Both the position numbers and the translations under genes were made by a program. A DNA stretch of 64,000 bases from an uncultured candidate division Zixibacteria bacterium. Lineage in GTDB: Bacteria > Zixibacteria > MSB-5A5 > GN15 > PGXB01. Under the pieces are notes generated by a model. The model ran no database searches, was not told where the DNA came from, and saw nothing but the letters and a program-made list of their open reading frames with translations. Below are positions 27,694 through 37,388 of the stretch, piece after piece. The stretch lies in assembly GCA_963702205.1 (NCBI GenBank), contig OY969724.1, positions 3,296,001 through 3,360,000 on the forward strand, read 5' to 3'. Positions within the stretch are counted from its first letter, which is position 1; each line of letters begins with the position of its first letter.

Positions 27694-29088
27694 TTACCGG
27701 GTGGAATTCTCCGCTAAATCGTGTTTTTCGGTTTTCAACTTCGCCACGGCCTTTTTGAACACATCGCCGCGATGCTCGAAATTGCGGAACATATCGAAAC
27801 TGGCGCAAGCCGGTGACAGCATGACGATTTCGCCCGGCGACGCCGCGCCGAACGCCACCGTCACCGCTTCTTCCATGCTCGACGCGAACTGTGCCGGGAA
27901 CGATTTACCCAGCGCGTCGAACATCTTCTCCCTCGCCTCGCCGATGAGGACTATCTCTTTTATCCTGCCTTTACCCGCCTCGATAATCGGGTCGAAACTG
28001 GTCCCCTTCTCGCGGCCGCCCGCGATGAGTACGACCGGGGCGTCGATCGAACGCAGGGCGTAGCACACGGAATCGACGTTGGTCGCCTTGGAATCGTTGA
28101 TGAAACGAATTTCCGTGACGGTATCGACCGCCTCCATACGGTGTTCCACTCCGGGAAATTCGCGCAAAGTCCCGGCGATAGTCTCCGACTCGACTCCCAG
28201 CAGCAGCGCCGCCAGCGAGGCCGCCGCGGCGTTCTGGAGGTTGTGCGGTCCGGGAATGCGGATGTCTTTGGCGTCGATTATCGGCGCCTTTAAATCACCC
28301 ACACTGCCGACCAGTGTCTCTCCCCTCTGAAAGACCCCGGTCGACAAAGTGCGGGCAACGGAAAACTGTATTTTTTGAGCTTTTGTCCCGATATTGTTTT
28401 GAGAGATGACATGATCATCGGCGTTCAATATCAACCAGTCATTATCCTGCATGTTTTCCGCGATGCGATACTTGGCCTTGCAGTACCCCGCGAAATCCTC
28501 GTACCGATCCAGATGATCGGGCGTCAGGTTAAGAATCATGGCTATATGTGGACGGAAATCTTCGATAAGCTCCAACTGAAAACTGGAAACTTCGAGTACC
28601 GCCACGCCGTTATCGGAAATGTTCAGCACGGCGTCGGAAAACGGATAGCCGATATTCCCGCACACGACCGATTCCACACCGGCGGCGTTGAGAATTTCAC
28701 CAATGAGCGTGGTCGTGGTGGTTTTTCCGTTGGACCCGGTGATGGCCACGATCGGAGCCCGGCAGTACCACGACGCCAGTTCTATCTCCGAAAATATCGG
28801 AATTCCCGCCCGCTGAATCTTTTGTACTATCGGTGCGGTCAACGGGACTCCGGGCGACAGAATCACGAAATCCGATTCAAGGATGCGATCGGTATGACCT
28901 CCGAATTCGTGGTCGATATTCAGCGCCTTGAGACCGGCGATTTCCTGAGCCAGTTGTTCGGCCGACCTGGTGTCGCTGACAAAGGGCGTCCCGCCGATGT
29001 TCTTGATCAGGCGAGCGGCCGCCATACCTGAGCGCGCCATCCCGACCACGCCGACTTTTCTTCCTTTAACTCTTTCTTTTGCCGTCAT
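27694..29088 (-). CDS. murD: UDP-MurNAc-L-Ala--D-Glu ligase
   Basis: SPG, GSNGKTT, EVSSFQL, DHLDR, NDSKATN, SPACAS.D. Confidence 0.97.
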   Translation of the reverse strand: MTAKERVKGRKVGVVGMARSGMAAARLIKNIGGTPFVSDTRSAEQLAQEIAGLKALNIDHEFGGHTDRILESDFVILSPGVPLTAPIVQKIQRAGIPIFSEIELASWYCRAPIVAITGSNGKTTTTTLIGEILNAAGVESVVCGNIGYPFSDAVLNISDNGVAVLEVSSFQLELIEDFRPHIAMILNLTPDHLDRYEDFAGYCKAKYRIAENMQDNDWLILNADDHVISQNNIGTKAQKIQFSVARTLSTGVFQRGETLVGSVGDLKAPIIDAKDIRIPGPHNLQNAAAASLAALLLGVESETIAGTLREFPGVEHRMEAVDTVTEIRFINDSKATNVDSVCYALRSIDAPVVLIAGGREKGTSFDPIIEAGKGRIKEIVLIGEAREKMFDALGKSFPAQFASSMEEAVTVAFGAASPGEIVMLSPACASFDMFRNFEHRGDVFKKAVAKLKTEKHDLAENSTR

Positions 29089-30173
29089 CGTATTTTTAAA
29101 GTGGCTAAGGTTAATAGTGCAAAAAGTGCTCCTATGATCCAGAAACGCGTCACCACTTTCGCCTCGGCCCAGCCGAGAAGTTCGAAATGATGGTGAATCG
29201 GCGCCATTTTGAACACTCGTTTTCCTCCACGGTACCTGTATGATAAAATCTGTATAATCACCGACAGGGCTTCGATTACGAACACCCCGCCGACAATCAC
29301 CAGAAGCAGTTCTTTTTTTATGAGTATCGCTATCGACCCCAACGCTCCGCCCAAAGCCAAAGCCCCCGTGTCACCCATAAACACCTCGGCCGGGTTGGAA
29401 TTAAACCACAAGAATCCCAGCGCCGCCCCCAGGGCTGCTCCACATAGTACGGCAAGCTCACCCGCTCCGGGAATGTACTCGATCTGCAAATAACTCGAAA
29501 AATCCGCCCGGCCCGCAAGGTACGCAAAAGCGGTGAACACCAGAAACGCAATCCCCGACAACCCAATCGCCAGACCGTCGCAGCCGTCGGTCAAATTGAC
29601 GGCATTGGAGGCGCCGGTCAGGACGAGTATGATAAATGGTATGTACAATATGCCGAGGTTTAACACGAAGTTCTTGAAGAACGGAATATCGGTTGTACCG
29701 TCGAAGCTGGCATTGGGCGGCATGTACACGAGTATCAACCCGAACACCAAACCCAGCGAAATCTGCCCGAATAACTTTTTACGCGCCACCATCCCCTTGG
29801 TCTGATGCTTGATGGCTTTGAGATAATCGTCCATAAATCCGATCAATCCCAGCCACATTGTCACCAGAAGCACCATCAGGATGAAATAATTGGTCAAATC
29901 GGCCCAGAGCAGGGTCGGGATCAATATCGAAAAGAGTATGATCAACCCGCCCATCGTCGGCGTTCCGGCCTTGGCCAGATGAGATTTCGGCCCTTCGGCC
30001 CGTATTTTTTCTTTAACCTGGTACTTCTTCAGCAACCTTATGAAGTACGGCCCAAGAAACAGTGAAATCAAAATGGCCGTGATGGTCGCGAAGGCCGCCC
30101 TGAACGTAATGTATCGGAACAGGTTGAACCCCGACACGTACGGTACCAAATGTGTAAACAGGTGATAAAACAT
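29085..30173 (-). CDS. mraY: Phospho-MurNAc-pentapeptide transferase
   Basis: GTPTMGG, DDY, NAVNLTDG.DGL, FMGDTG, APIHHHFE. Confidence 0.98.
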   Translation of the reverse strand: MFYHLFTHLVPYVSGFNLFRYITFRAAFATITAILISLFLGPYFIRLLKKYQVKEKIRAEGPKSHLAKAGTPTMGGLIILFSILIPTLLWADLTNYFILMVLLVTMWLGLIGFMDDYLKAIKHQTKGMVARKKLFGQISLGLVFGLILVYMPPNASFDGTTDIPFFKNFVLNLGILYIPFIILVLTGASNAVNLTDGCDGLAIGLSGIAFLVFTAFAYLAGRADFSSYLQIEYIPGAGELAVLCGAALGAALGFLWFNSNPAEVFMGDTGALALGGALGSIAILIKKELLLVIVGGVFVIEALSVIIQILSYRYRGGKRVFKMAPIHHHFELLGWAEAKVVTRFWIIGALFALLTLATLKIR

Positions 30174-30174
30174 A

Positions 30175-31587
30175 TCAGCTCTTCTTAGCCGCCCTTTCTT
30201 CCAGGAGATCGAATATCTTATCCAGCGCGATTCCGCGCGATGCTTTCAGATAAGCAACATCCCCCCTCAGAGCGTTGCCTGTCATAAACTCACCGACCGC
30301 TTTGGCGTCGGCGAAGTGATGTACCTCACTTTTGGCGATTCCGGCTTCAATCGAAGCTGTACCTATATGCTGCGCCAGTCTGCCCACGGTGCAAATCAAA
30401 TCGAAATCCAGTTCGGGAAGTATCTTGCCCACTTTGCGATGAAAGTCGACTTCGCCCGACCCGAGTTCCAGCATGTCACCCAGCACCACGATAGTACGGG
30501 CATATTTATCTCCGGCGTCTTTGACATAGCGTTTGAACGACTTAAGGCCCGCCATCATGGAGACGGGATTCGCATTGTAGCTGTCATCGACAACCGTCAA
30601 GTCACCAAAATGCACTATCTGCCCCCGGTGGGGCGTTTTATCGAAATTCAAACCGTTCAGTTCGTCTTCGGTGGGGAAAAAGCCCAGTTCACGACATACC
30701 GCCGCTCCCGCCAGAACGTTATATATCTGAAAATCTCCGAACGTCGGTATCGTAAACGTACTCCGCTTAATCCTGTACTGAACGAATCCGTCTTTGTCGA
30801 CACCCAGTTTTTTGGCCGAAATATCAGCCGCGTCGGATAGTCCGAATGTCAAAAACGGCCGGTCGCGCCGAAACGCTTCGACGGCGATAAGATTGTCATC
30901 TATATTTATTATGGCCGGATGATCCGGCGACGAATTATCTATCAGGGCGAATTTTTCGACCGCGACGTTTTCGACCGTACCGAGTGTCTCAAGATGGGTC
31001 GGCCCGACGTTGGTTATGACCGCTATATCGGGATGCAGTATTTTCGCCAGGCGCGCCATCTCACCCGGGACAGAAATGCCCAGTTCGAACACGCCGTAGC
31101 GCGTGTTTTCCGGCATGGCCAAAATCGACAACGGCAGGCCATACAGATTATTGAAATTGCCGACCGAGCGGTAAGTACGTTCTTCCCGGTTCTTGATCAT
31201 ATCGTACGTAATATCTTTAGTCGTGGTCTTTCCGTTCGAGCCGGTTATGGCGATGTACGTCCCCGCCACGTGCTTGCGATAGGCAATCGCCAGGTCGATC
31301 AAAGCCCGGTGGGCATCGTCAACCATTACAGCAGGTGTACTATTTTTCATTTTCGGCGTTAATGCCGATTCATCCGAAATAAGCACTCCGGCACATCCAC
31401 GGCTTATAGCCTCTTTAATAAAATCGTGGCCGTTGTTCTTTTCACCGATTATGGCCACAAACAGCATATCTTTTTCGATAGCACGTGAGTCTATTGACAC
31501 GCCGGTAAAACGCACGGATTCGTGTTTATTTTCGGCAAGCCTGCCCCGGACGGCCCTCGCCAGAGTATTGCAATCTATATTTATCAT
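30175..31587 (-). CDS. murF: UDP-MurNAc-tripeptide--D-Ala-D-Ala ligase
   Basis: IDSR, GSNGKTTTK, NN..G.P, DSYNANP, GDMLELG, KASRG. Confidence 0.96.
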   Translation of the reverse strand: MINIDCNTLARAVRGRLAENKHESVRFTGVSIDSRAIEKDMLFVAIIGEKNNGHDFIKEAISRGCAGVLISDESALTPKMKNSTPAVMVDDAHRALIDLAIAYRKHVAGTYIAITGSNGKTTTKDITYDMIKNREERTYRSVGNFNNLYGLPLSILAMPENTRYGVFELGISVPGEMARLAKILHPDIAVITNVGPTHLETLGTVENVAVEKFALIDNSSPDHPAIINIDDNLIAVEAFRRDRPFLTFGLSDAADISAKKLGVDKDGFVQYRIKRSTFTIPTFGDFQIYNVLAGAAVCRELGFFPTEDELNGLNFDKTPHRGQIVHFGDLTVVDDSYNANPVSMMAGLKSFKRYVKDAGDKYARTIVVLGDMLELGSGEVDFHRKVGKILPELDFDLICTVGRLAQHIGTASIEAGIAKSEVHHFADAKAVGEFMTGNALRGDVAYLKASRGIALDKIFDLLEERAAKKS

Positions 31588-33062
31588 TGGGGCTGTTCCT
31601 CGGTAACACCCAGTTCAATCAGGGCCTGTCGAATTTCTTCGATTTCGCTGAACGGATATTTCACCGCCCCGATCTCCTGATAATCCTCCGCTCCCTTACC
31701 GGCAAATATCAGAATGTCGCCCGGTTTGGCGCGGGCGATCATTTCGCGGACGGCCTGCCGACGGTCGACGATAACGACTTTATTGTCACCTTTGATGCCC
31801 GGAAGAACCTCCTCGATGATATCATCCGGATTTTCGGTCCGGGGGTTGTCCGACGTTACAACCACCATATCGCTGTTCTCCGACGCCGCCGCACCCATCA
31901 GGGGACGCTTGCCCCGGTCACGGTCGCCGCCGCAGCCGAACAGGGTCAGCAGTCTGCCGGTTGTAATTTCGCGAGCGGACCGGCAAACCCGCTCAAGTGC
32001 ATCGGGCGTGTGAGCGAAATCTATGAGGATCGTAAACGGCTGACCGAAATCGACCGGCTGAAAACGACCCGGTATCGGAGACGCCGTCTTCAATGCCCGG
32101 ACAATCGTATCGAAATCGACGCCCATGGCCCACGCCAGTGCGGCCGCACCCAGGGCATTGGTTATATTGTACCGCCCCGGCAGACGAATCACGGCATCGT
32201 ACTCACCGTCGGGCGTAATCATCCTGAACTCCGTCCGGTCGGGGTAATATTTATGTCGGCCGATGGTAATGTCCGAAGGCTTCCCGGCCGCCGAGTACGT
32301 CACCACCGGGCAAAGGGCGGTCTTAATAAATGTCCGGAACTCCGGGGCATCGTCATTGATAACCGCGCGCTTGTTGTCGCCGTCCAGTTTGTACATCAAT
32401 TTTTGTTTGGCGCGAAGATATTCTTCCATCGTCTTATGAAAATCGAGATGATCCCGGCTGAATGTCATGAACAGGCCGCACTTAAAATTTATATTCTCTA
32501 CCCGGTTCAGCACCAGTGCGTGCGAGGAAACCTCCACAACCGCGTGCGTACTTCCGGACTGTACCATTTCATACAGATATTTTTGCACATCGAGCGATTC
32601 CGGTGTCGTACGGTCGGCTTTGTACTTCGTGGAGCCGGTGTCATACACCAACGAGTTGATCATACCCGTCTTGTGTCCGGCCGCCTTCAGGATATGCCCG
32701 GTTAGCGCCACCGCCGTGCTTTTGCCATTGGTTCCGGTCACCGCGGCCACTTCGAGTTTGTTACCGGGATAATCATAAAAGGCCGCCGCCAGAGACGGCA
32801 ACGCCGCACGCGGAGACTTGACCACCGCCAGCGGGGCGTTGACTTCAACTTTGGCGTCGGCCACGACCGCCACGGCGCCGTTCTTGACAGCCTGGGCAAT
32901 GAATTGTTTACCGTCGAATTTGAATCCGGGAATCGCCACGAACAGATAGCCCGGCTTGACCTTCCGGGAGTCGTACTCGATCCCCTCTATTATGACGCCG
33001 CCGTCGCCGATGAGCAATTCCACGTCGACCGGTGCCAGTATGTCAGATAATTTTTTTTGCAT
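31584..33062 (-). CDS. murE: UDP-MurNAc-dipeptide--meso-DAP ligase
   Basis: GTNGK, EVSSH, DHLD.H, DFAHTPD, GCGGDRD; DNPR motif indicates DAP specificity. Confidence 0.97.
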   Translation of the reverse strand: MQKKLSDILAPVDVELLIGDGGVIIEGIEYDSRKVKPGYLFVAIPGFKFDGKQFIAQAVKNGAVAVVADAKVEVNAPLAVVKSPRAALPSLAAAFYDYPGNKLEVAAVTGTNGKSTAVALTGHILKAAGHKTGMINSLVYDTGSTKYKADRTTPESLDVQKYLYEMVQSGSTHAVVEVSSHALVLNRVENINFKCGLFMTFSRDHLDFHKTMEEYLRAKQKLMYKLDGDNKRAVINDDAPEFRTFIKTALCPVVTYSAAGKPSDITIGRHKYYPDRTEFRMITPDGEYDAVIRLPGRYNITNALGAAALAWAMGVDFDTIVRALKTASPIPGRFQPVDFGQPFTILIDFAHTPDALERVCRSAREITTGRLLTLFGCGGDRDRGKRPLMGAAASENSDMVVVTSDNPRTENPDDIIEEVLPGIKGDNKVVIVDRRQAVREMIARAKPGDILIFAGKGAEDYQEIGAVKYPFSEIEEIRQALIELGVTEEQPQ

Positions 33063-33065
33063 GTC

Positions 33066-35120
33066 TTATCCGGTGCCGCAAACGATCCGGCAATGGCTTT
33101 TGGCGCTCAGGCCCGAAAAAGCCGGAAGGCTCTGTTTGCGGACAATTCCGCTCCCCGAGATTTCATAAGTTATTCCCTGGAATGCAAGAAACGAAAGGGC
33201 TGCGCGCAGGTTTAAACCGGTCAGGTCGGCCATACGGGTCCGGCCGTTTTGGGTAACGACTATCACACGGGCCGGGCCGGCCGTTTCGCGTTCTGCCGGT
33301 GGATATTGCCATACTATTATACCCGTGGTGTCTGAAAAAGTCAGGTCGATCCCGTCCTCTTCGGCCATTTTTTGAGCCGACTCAAAGCTCCGGCCTACAA
33401 ACCTGGGAATCTCGAATGATTTGATGTTGTCATCATCGGCCACAAGATTGACCGACGGCAGCATTTGTTCAGGATTGGCTATGGCGAACCGTTCGGCGAT
33501 ATTGCGGAAAATGGGACCCGACGTCCATCCACCATAATGAATCGGCTCCGGCTGATTCAAAACCACTATCCCGGCGATCAGCGGATTGTCGGCCGGGAAA
33601 AAACCCCCGAACGAAGCGTTGAATTTATGCTTTTTGTATCCACCGTTAACCAGATCGACCACCTCGGCCGTGCCGGTCTTCCCGGCCAGCGTGATGACAT
33701 CGGACTTGGCCTTGGTCGCCGTGCCGTGGTCCACAACTCCCATCATAAATTCGCGCAGCAGCGAGGCGGTCTCTTCGTGCATAACCCGCGCCACCTTGTG
33801 AGTCGTCGTTTTCTTGATAAGCTGCCCCTCGCCGTTGATTATACCGCGTATGATTCTCGGCTGGTAGAGCGTCCCGCCGTTGGCAACCGAGGCGATCCCT
33901 GCGGCAAGCTGCAAGGGCGTCACGGCAATGGAGTGTCCGATTGACAGTGCCGCGATGTTATATTCCGACCATTCGCCCGGATTTCCGATTTGGCCGGTCG
34001 CCTCGCCGGGCAGATCTACATAAGTTTTTTGACCGAAACCGAATTTGCGAGCATTCTCGACCAGCTTCTCACCACCGAGACGGAGAGCCAGTTTGCCCAC
34101 GCCGATATTGCTGGAATATTCGAAAATTTCTCGGAAAGTCAGCGAATCGAGCTTTTTATCGTCACGCAGCGTCTTTCTGCCACAGTGCCAGAGCCCTTCT
34201 TCGCAATAAATTTTTTCATCGAGATCGACCAGCCCGCTTTCGATCAGCGCCGCCGCGGTGAAAATCTTGAAGACCGACCCCGGTTCGATGCAGTCGGACG
34301 CCGCCTTCAATTTCACCGAGTTGTTCTTTTCATCGCGGCTGTAATCGGCGGCAGCCAGAATTTCCCCGGTGTGGCAATCGAGAAAGACGGCAACACCATC
34401 GAGAGCGTTGTACTTCTCAACCCCGGCCTTGAGTTCTTCTTCGACGATTTCCTGAAGATACCAGTCGACCGTCAGGACAATGGAATTGCCGCCCACCGGG
34501 CGCAACAGCGGTATTTCCTTTATCTGGTATGTATTGCGCTGGCCGTCGCGCAAATAGTCAATCAACCCCGGCCGTCCGGATAAAACCGAATCGAAATTGT
34601 ACTCCAGACCGGAAATGCCGATACCGTCGATATCGGTACACCCCAGAAGCTGACACCCGGTCGAACCGAAGGGGTACTTCCTCTTGAATTCGCGGCGCAC
34701 ATAGAGGCCCGGAATACTATCACGGTCCAGGCGCGCTTCTTTATCCGGATCGAGGTCGCGGTCAATCCACGAAAATCTCCGGGGATCGAGATCGTAATTG
34801 CGCCGCGAAAATCCTGAATTATGATCGTAGATTTTATCCAGGTAATGATAAATTGAACGAATTTCTTTTTTATCCGATGGATACGCGAACAAGGCGTCGC
34901 GATAGACGTTGATCGCCACCTCGCGGCCGGTTCGGTCGAAAACGACCCCCCGTTCGGCGCGGATTTCTTTTTTCCCGGTGGATTGTCTTTTGGCAATATC
35001 GCTGTACCGGGAGCCGCGTATTATTTGAATCTGAAACAGCCGTCCCGCCAAAACCAAAAATGACAGTGTCACGATAGCCAGTATAACCACCGGGCGAATC
35101 TTGCTGAGATTATTTGGCAT
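33066..35120 (-). CDS. ftsI: Division transpeptidase FtsI/PBP3 with C-terminal PASTA domains
   Basis: N-terminal TM; EPGSVFK (SxxK), SSN, KTGT; two PASTA-like repeats. Confidence 0.93.
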   Translation of the reverse strand: MPNNLSKIRPVVILAIVTLSFLVLAGRLFQIQIIRGSRYSDIAKRQSTGKKEIRAERGVVFDRTGREVAINVYRDALFAYPSDKKEIRSIYHYLDKIYDHNSGFSRRNYDLDPRRFSWIDRDLDPDKEARLDRDSIPGLYVRREFKRKYPFGSTGCQLLGCTDIDGIGISGLEYNFDSVLSGRPGLIDYLRDGQRNTYQIKEIPLLRPVGGNSIVLTVDWYLQEIVEEELKAGVEKYNALDGVAVFLDCHTGEILAAADYSRDEKNNSVKLKAASDCIEPGSVFKIFTAAALIESGLVDLDEKIYCEEGLWHCGRKTLRDDKKLDSLTFREIFEYSSNIGVGKLALRLGGEKLVENARKFGFGQKTYVDLPGEATGQIGNPGEWSEYNIAALSIGHSIAVTPLQLAAGIASVANGGTLYQPRIIRGIINGEGQLIKKTTTHKVARVMHEETASLLREFMMGVVDHGTATKAKSDVITLAGKTGTAEVVDLVNGGYKKHKFNASFGGFFPADNPLIAGIVVLNQPEPIHYGGWTSGPIFRNIAERFAIANPEQMLPSVNLVADDDNIKSFEIPRFVGRSFESAQKMAEEDGIDLTFSDTTGIIVWQYPPAERETAGPARVIVVTQNGRTRMADLTGLNLRAALSFLAFQGITYEISGSGIVRKQSLPAFSGLSAKSHCRIVCGTG

Positions 35121-35568
35121 CGAACAGTTCCTCGTTGGCGGCTTTGGATTCGCTCACGACCGGAAGATGGTCGGCGAATTTCTTGATGGACTCGACCACT
35201 TCATCGATACCGTCGTTTACGTCGAGCGAGCGGTCGACGGTCAGCGTGTACATATTTTCCGATTTGACCGGCGTCATATGCAGCTGCTCGGACGCGATCT
35301 TCTCAATTCGTGAGAGCCTGCTTAAATCTATTATTTCCGCCCGCTTCTTTTTCAGCGAGTCGTGTAGAGTCTTGTTTTCCTGTTCCATAGCCGAGACTTC
35401 GCCCACCAGGCCCATAACATAAACGTTCTGCCAGACCAGGATGCACGGCAGAAGGATCAAAGTCGCCGCCACCAGCACCGGCACGATAAAACGCGAAGAA
35501 ACAAGCTGCCTTAAAAAGCTGTGCTTAAGTTTATTGGTGTGACGATATCTATCTACAGATTCTTTCAT
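35110..35568 (-). CDS. ftsL: FtsL-like protein
   Basis: TM plus coiled coil, RIEKIA..L.M; between rsmH and ftsI. Confidence 0.75.
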   Translation of the reverse strand: MKESVDRYRHTNKLKHSFLRQLVSSRFIVPVLVAATLILLPCILVWQNVYVMGLVGEVSAMEQENKTLHDSLKKKRAEIIDLSRLSRIEKIASEQLHMTPVKSENMYTLTVDRSLDVNDGIDEVVESIKKFADHLPVVSESKAANEELFDAK

Positions 35569-35571
35569 TTC

Positions 35572-36528
35572 CTACATTGCCAGTTTCTCGGCGGCTCGGA
35601 GTTTGGCCGACGTGGAACGCGGGTTTTGGGTTGCTTCGGTTTCGGACGGAACGACGACTTTGCGGGTCAGGACCTTAAGGCTCGGCTTCCTCCCGCAAAC
35701 GCACATCGGGGTCTTGGGCGGACAGATGCACCCTTTGGCCTCCGCGGCGAAATACCTTTTGACAAGACGGTCTTCGAGCGAATGATAAGAAATCACGACC
35801 ACCCGCCCGCCGGGGATAAGGTGTTCGACCGCCGACTCCAGAGCCGTCTTGAGCTGATCCAGTTCATCATTGACTTCGATTCGTATCGCCTGGAAAATTC
35901 TCGCGAGCGATGCGTTGAGATGCCTGCCTGCCAATACCGGTTCGAGAATCTTCCGCAACTGCCCGGTAGTGGTCAGGCGGTTCTTCTCGCGAGCGTTGGC
36001 AATCGCTCGGGCGGCACGAGCCGCGCGCTTTTCTTCACCGTAATTTTTGAACAAGGCGGTCAATTCTTTTTCCGAATAGTTATTGACGATCTCGGCCGCC
36101 GTACGGGCCGCGCCGGTTCCCATCCGCATATCCAGCGGACCGTCGGACATGAACGAAAAGCCGCGATCCGGAGTGTCGATCTGATGCGAGGACACCCCGA
36201 GATCAAACAGGAATCCATCAGCTTGTGTGAGGCCAAGATCGGAAATCACGTCGTCCAACCGTGCGAATATATTGTTTATCAGCTTAAAATTCTGTTTTAT
36301 CGATTTCAGGTTTTCGCGGGCCGTTTCGATGGCCTCAGGATCGCGGTCAAGGCCGATCAGTTCTGCCTGAGCGTCGAGGTGCTTCGACAGACCCAGCAGG
36401 TGGCCTCCGCCGCCGCACGTGAGGTCAAAATAGACGCCGTCCCGACAGGTTATCAAATAGCTGATTACCTCGTCGAGCATCACCGGGCGGTGAAAGGGTT
36501 CACTACTCCTGCCGTTTTGGTGAGTCAA
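35572..36528 (-). CDS. rsmH: 16S rRNA m4C1402 methyltransferase
   Basis: H.PVML.E, GGGGH, DLGVSS.Q, LDMRM, FQAIRIEVN, SYHSLEDR, NPRS.SAKLR. Confidence 0.97.
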   Translation of the reverse strand: MTHQNGRSSEPFHRPVMLDEVISYLITCRDGVYFDLTCGGGGHLLGLSKHLDAQAELIGLDRDPEAIETARENLKSIKQNFKLINNIFARLDDVISDLGLTQADGFLFDLGVSSHQIDTPDRGFSFMSDGPLDMRMGTGAARTAAEIVNNYSEKELTALFKNYGEEKRAARAARAIANAREKNRLTTTGQLRKILEPVLAGRHLNASLARIFQAIRIEVNDELDQLKTALESAVEHLIPGGRVVVISYHSLEDRLVKRYFAAEAKGCICPPKTPMCVCGRKPSLKVLTRKVVVPSETEATQNPRSTSAKLRAAEKLAM

Positions 36529-36967
36529 ATAATTTTTCCGCTACCTCTTCATAACTCTGGCCGTATTCGTCCAGATAACCCAGATACCGATCCGGCTCCC
36601 ACAATTCGATCCATCGATAGGCGCCAATAACCAGCACTTCTTTGGCCAGCCCGGCGTCCTGCTGGAGATGGGCCGGTATCAAAAGTCGTCCCTGACGGTC
36701 CAGAGTGACCGACACAGCCGCCGAATGCAGCATCCGGCTGAAATACCTGAAATCCTTGCGAGTAAAGCTTAATGTGTCCAGCCTCTGCTGGATTTTCTCC
36801 CACTCGTCAGCGGGATAAAGAGCCAAACAGCCGTCAAGGCCTTTGGTCAGAATAAATGTCTCTTTGGTCATCTCTTTTTTGGATTCGGGGCGTAATTTTG
36901 AGGGAAGAGAGATTCTTCCTTTTGAATCCATTAAGGCTATAAATCGACCGAAGAAACCTTCCACCAA
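36503..36967 (-). CDS. mraZ: Transcriptional regulator MraZ
   Basis: DSKGR..LP and DRQGR..IP repeats, IELW. Confidence 0.95.
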   Translation of the reverse strand: MVEGFFGRFIALMDSKGRISLPSKLRPESKKEMTKETFILTKGLDGCLALYPADEWEKIQQRLDTLSFTRKDFRYFSRMLHSAAVSVTLDRQGRLLIPAHLQQDAGLAKEVLVIGAYRWIELWEPDRYLGYLDEYGQSYEEVAEKLFDSPKRQE

Positions 36968-36970
36968 GCT

Positions 36971-37010
36971 TCTCCCACTTTATTCCACTTTATTCCATTA
37001 TTTACCCCAT
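36971..37010 (-). promoter_or_regulatory. MraZ binding boxes
   Basis: Minus strand ATGGGG / ATGGAA / GTGGAA / GTGGGA; last three at a 10-nt period, just upstream of mraZ. Confidence 0.8.
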
Positions 37011-37331
37011 TAAGTCACTTTTTTTTAAAAAAGTCAAGCCATAATTTTCAATATTTTTTTGTTATAACCCTTTAAAATTCAATGACTAAAAGAATTTGTT
37101 TAAATCATTTGGGGTAAGAAATTGGATTACATGCAGTTTTGATGACGACTTAAATGACTGACTTTAAATTAAAACTTCATGTCCTGCCTATAATGTATAG
37201 GCTATAGCCAATAATCTTTGATAATCCGGCTTTGATTAAACCGGCCCATGAAGGCTGCCGGCACTTTCTATCTTCCTCATTCTTAGGATGTTACATCGCA
37301 ATTTTGTGTCTTTTTTATCTTCCCGGCATGA

Positions 37332-37348
37332 GGGCAGGCCATATGCAG
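37332..37348 (+). promoter_or_regulatory. Possible sigma54 promoter of the C25 peptidase gene
   Basis: GGGCAGGCCATATGCAG; GG-N10-GC; about 40 nt upstream of GGAGG RBS/ATG; weaker match than the other two. Confidence 0.4.
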
Positions 37349-37388
37349 ATTTAGTCTCTCGATTCAGGCTGAAACACGGAGGCTAAAA

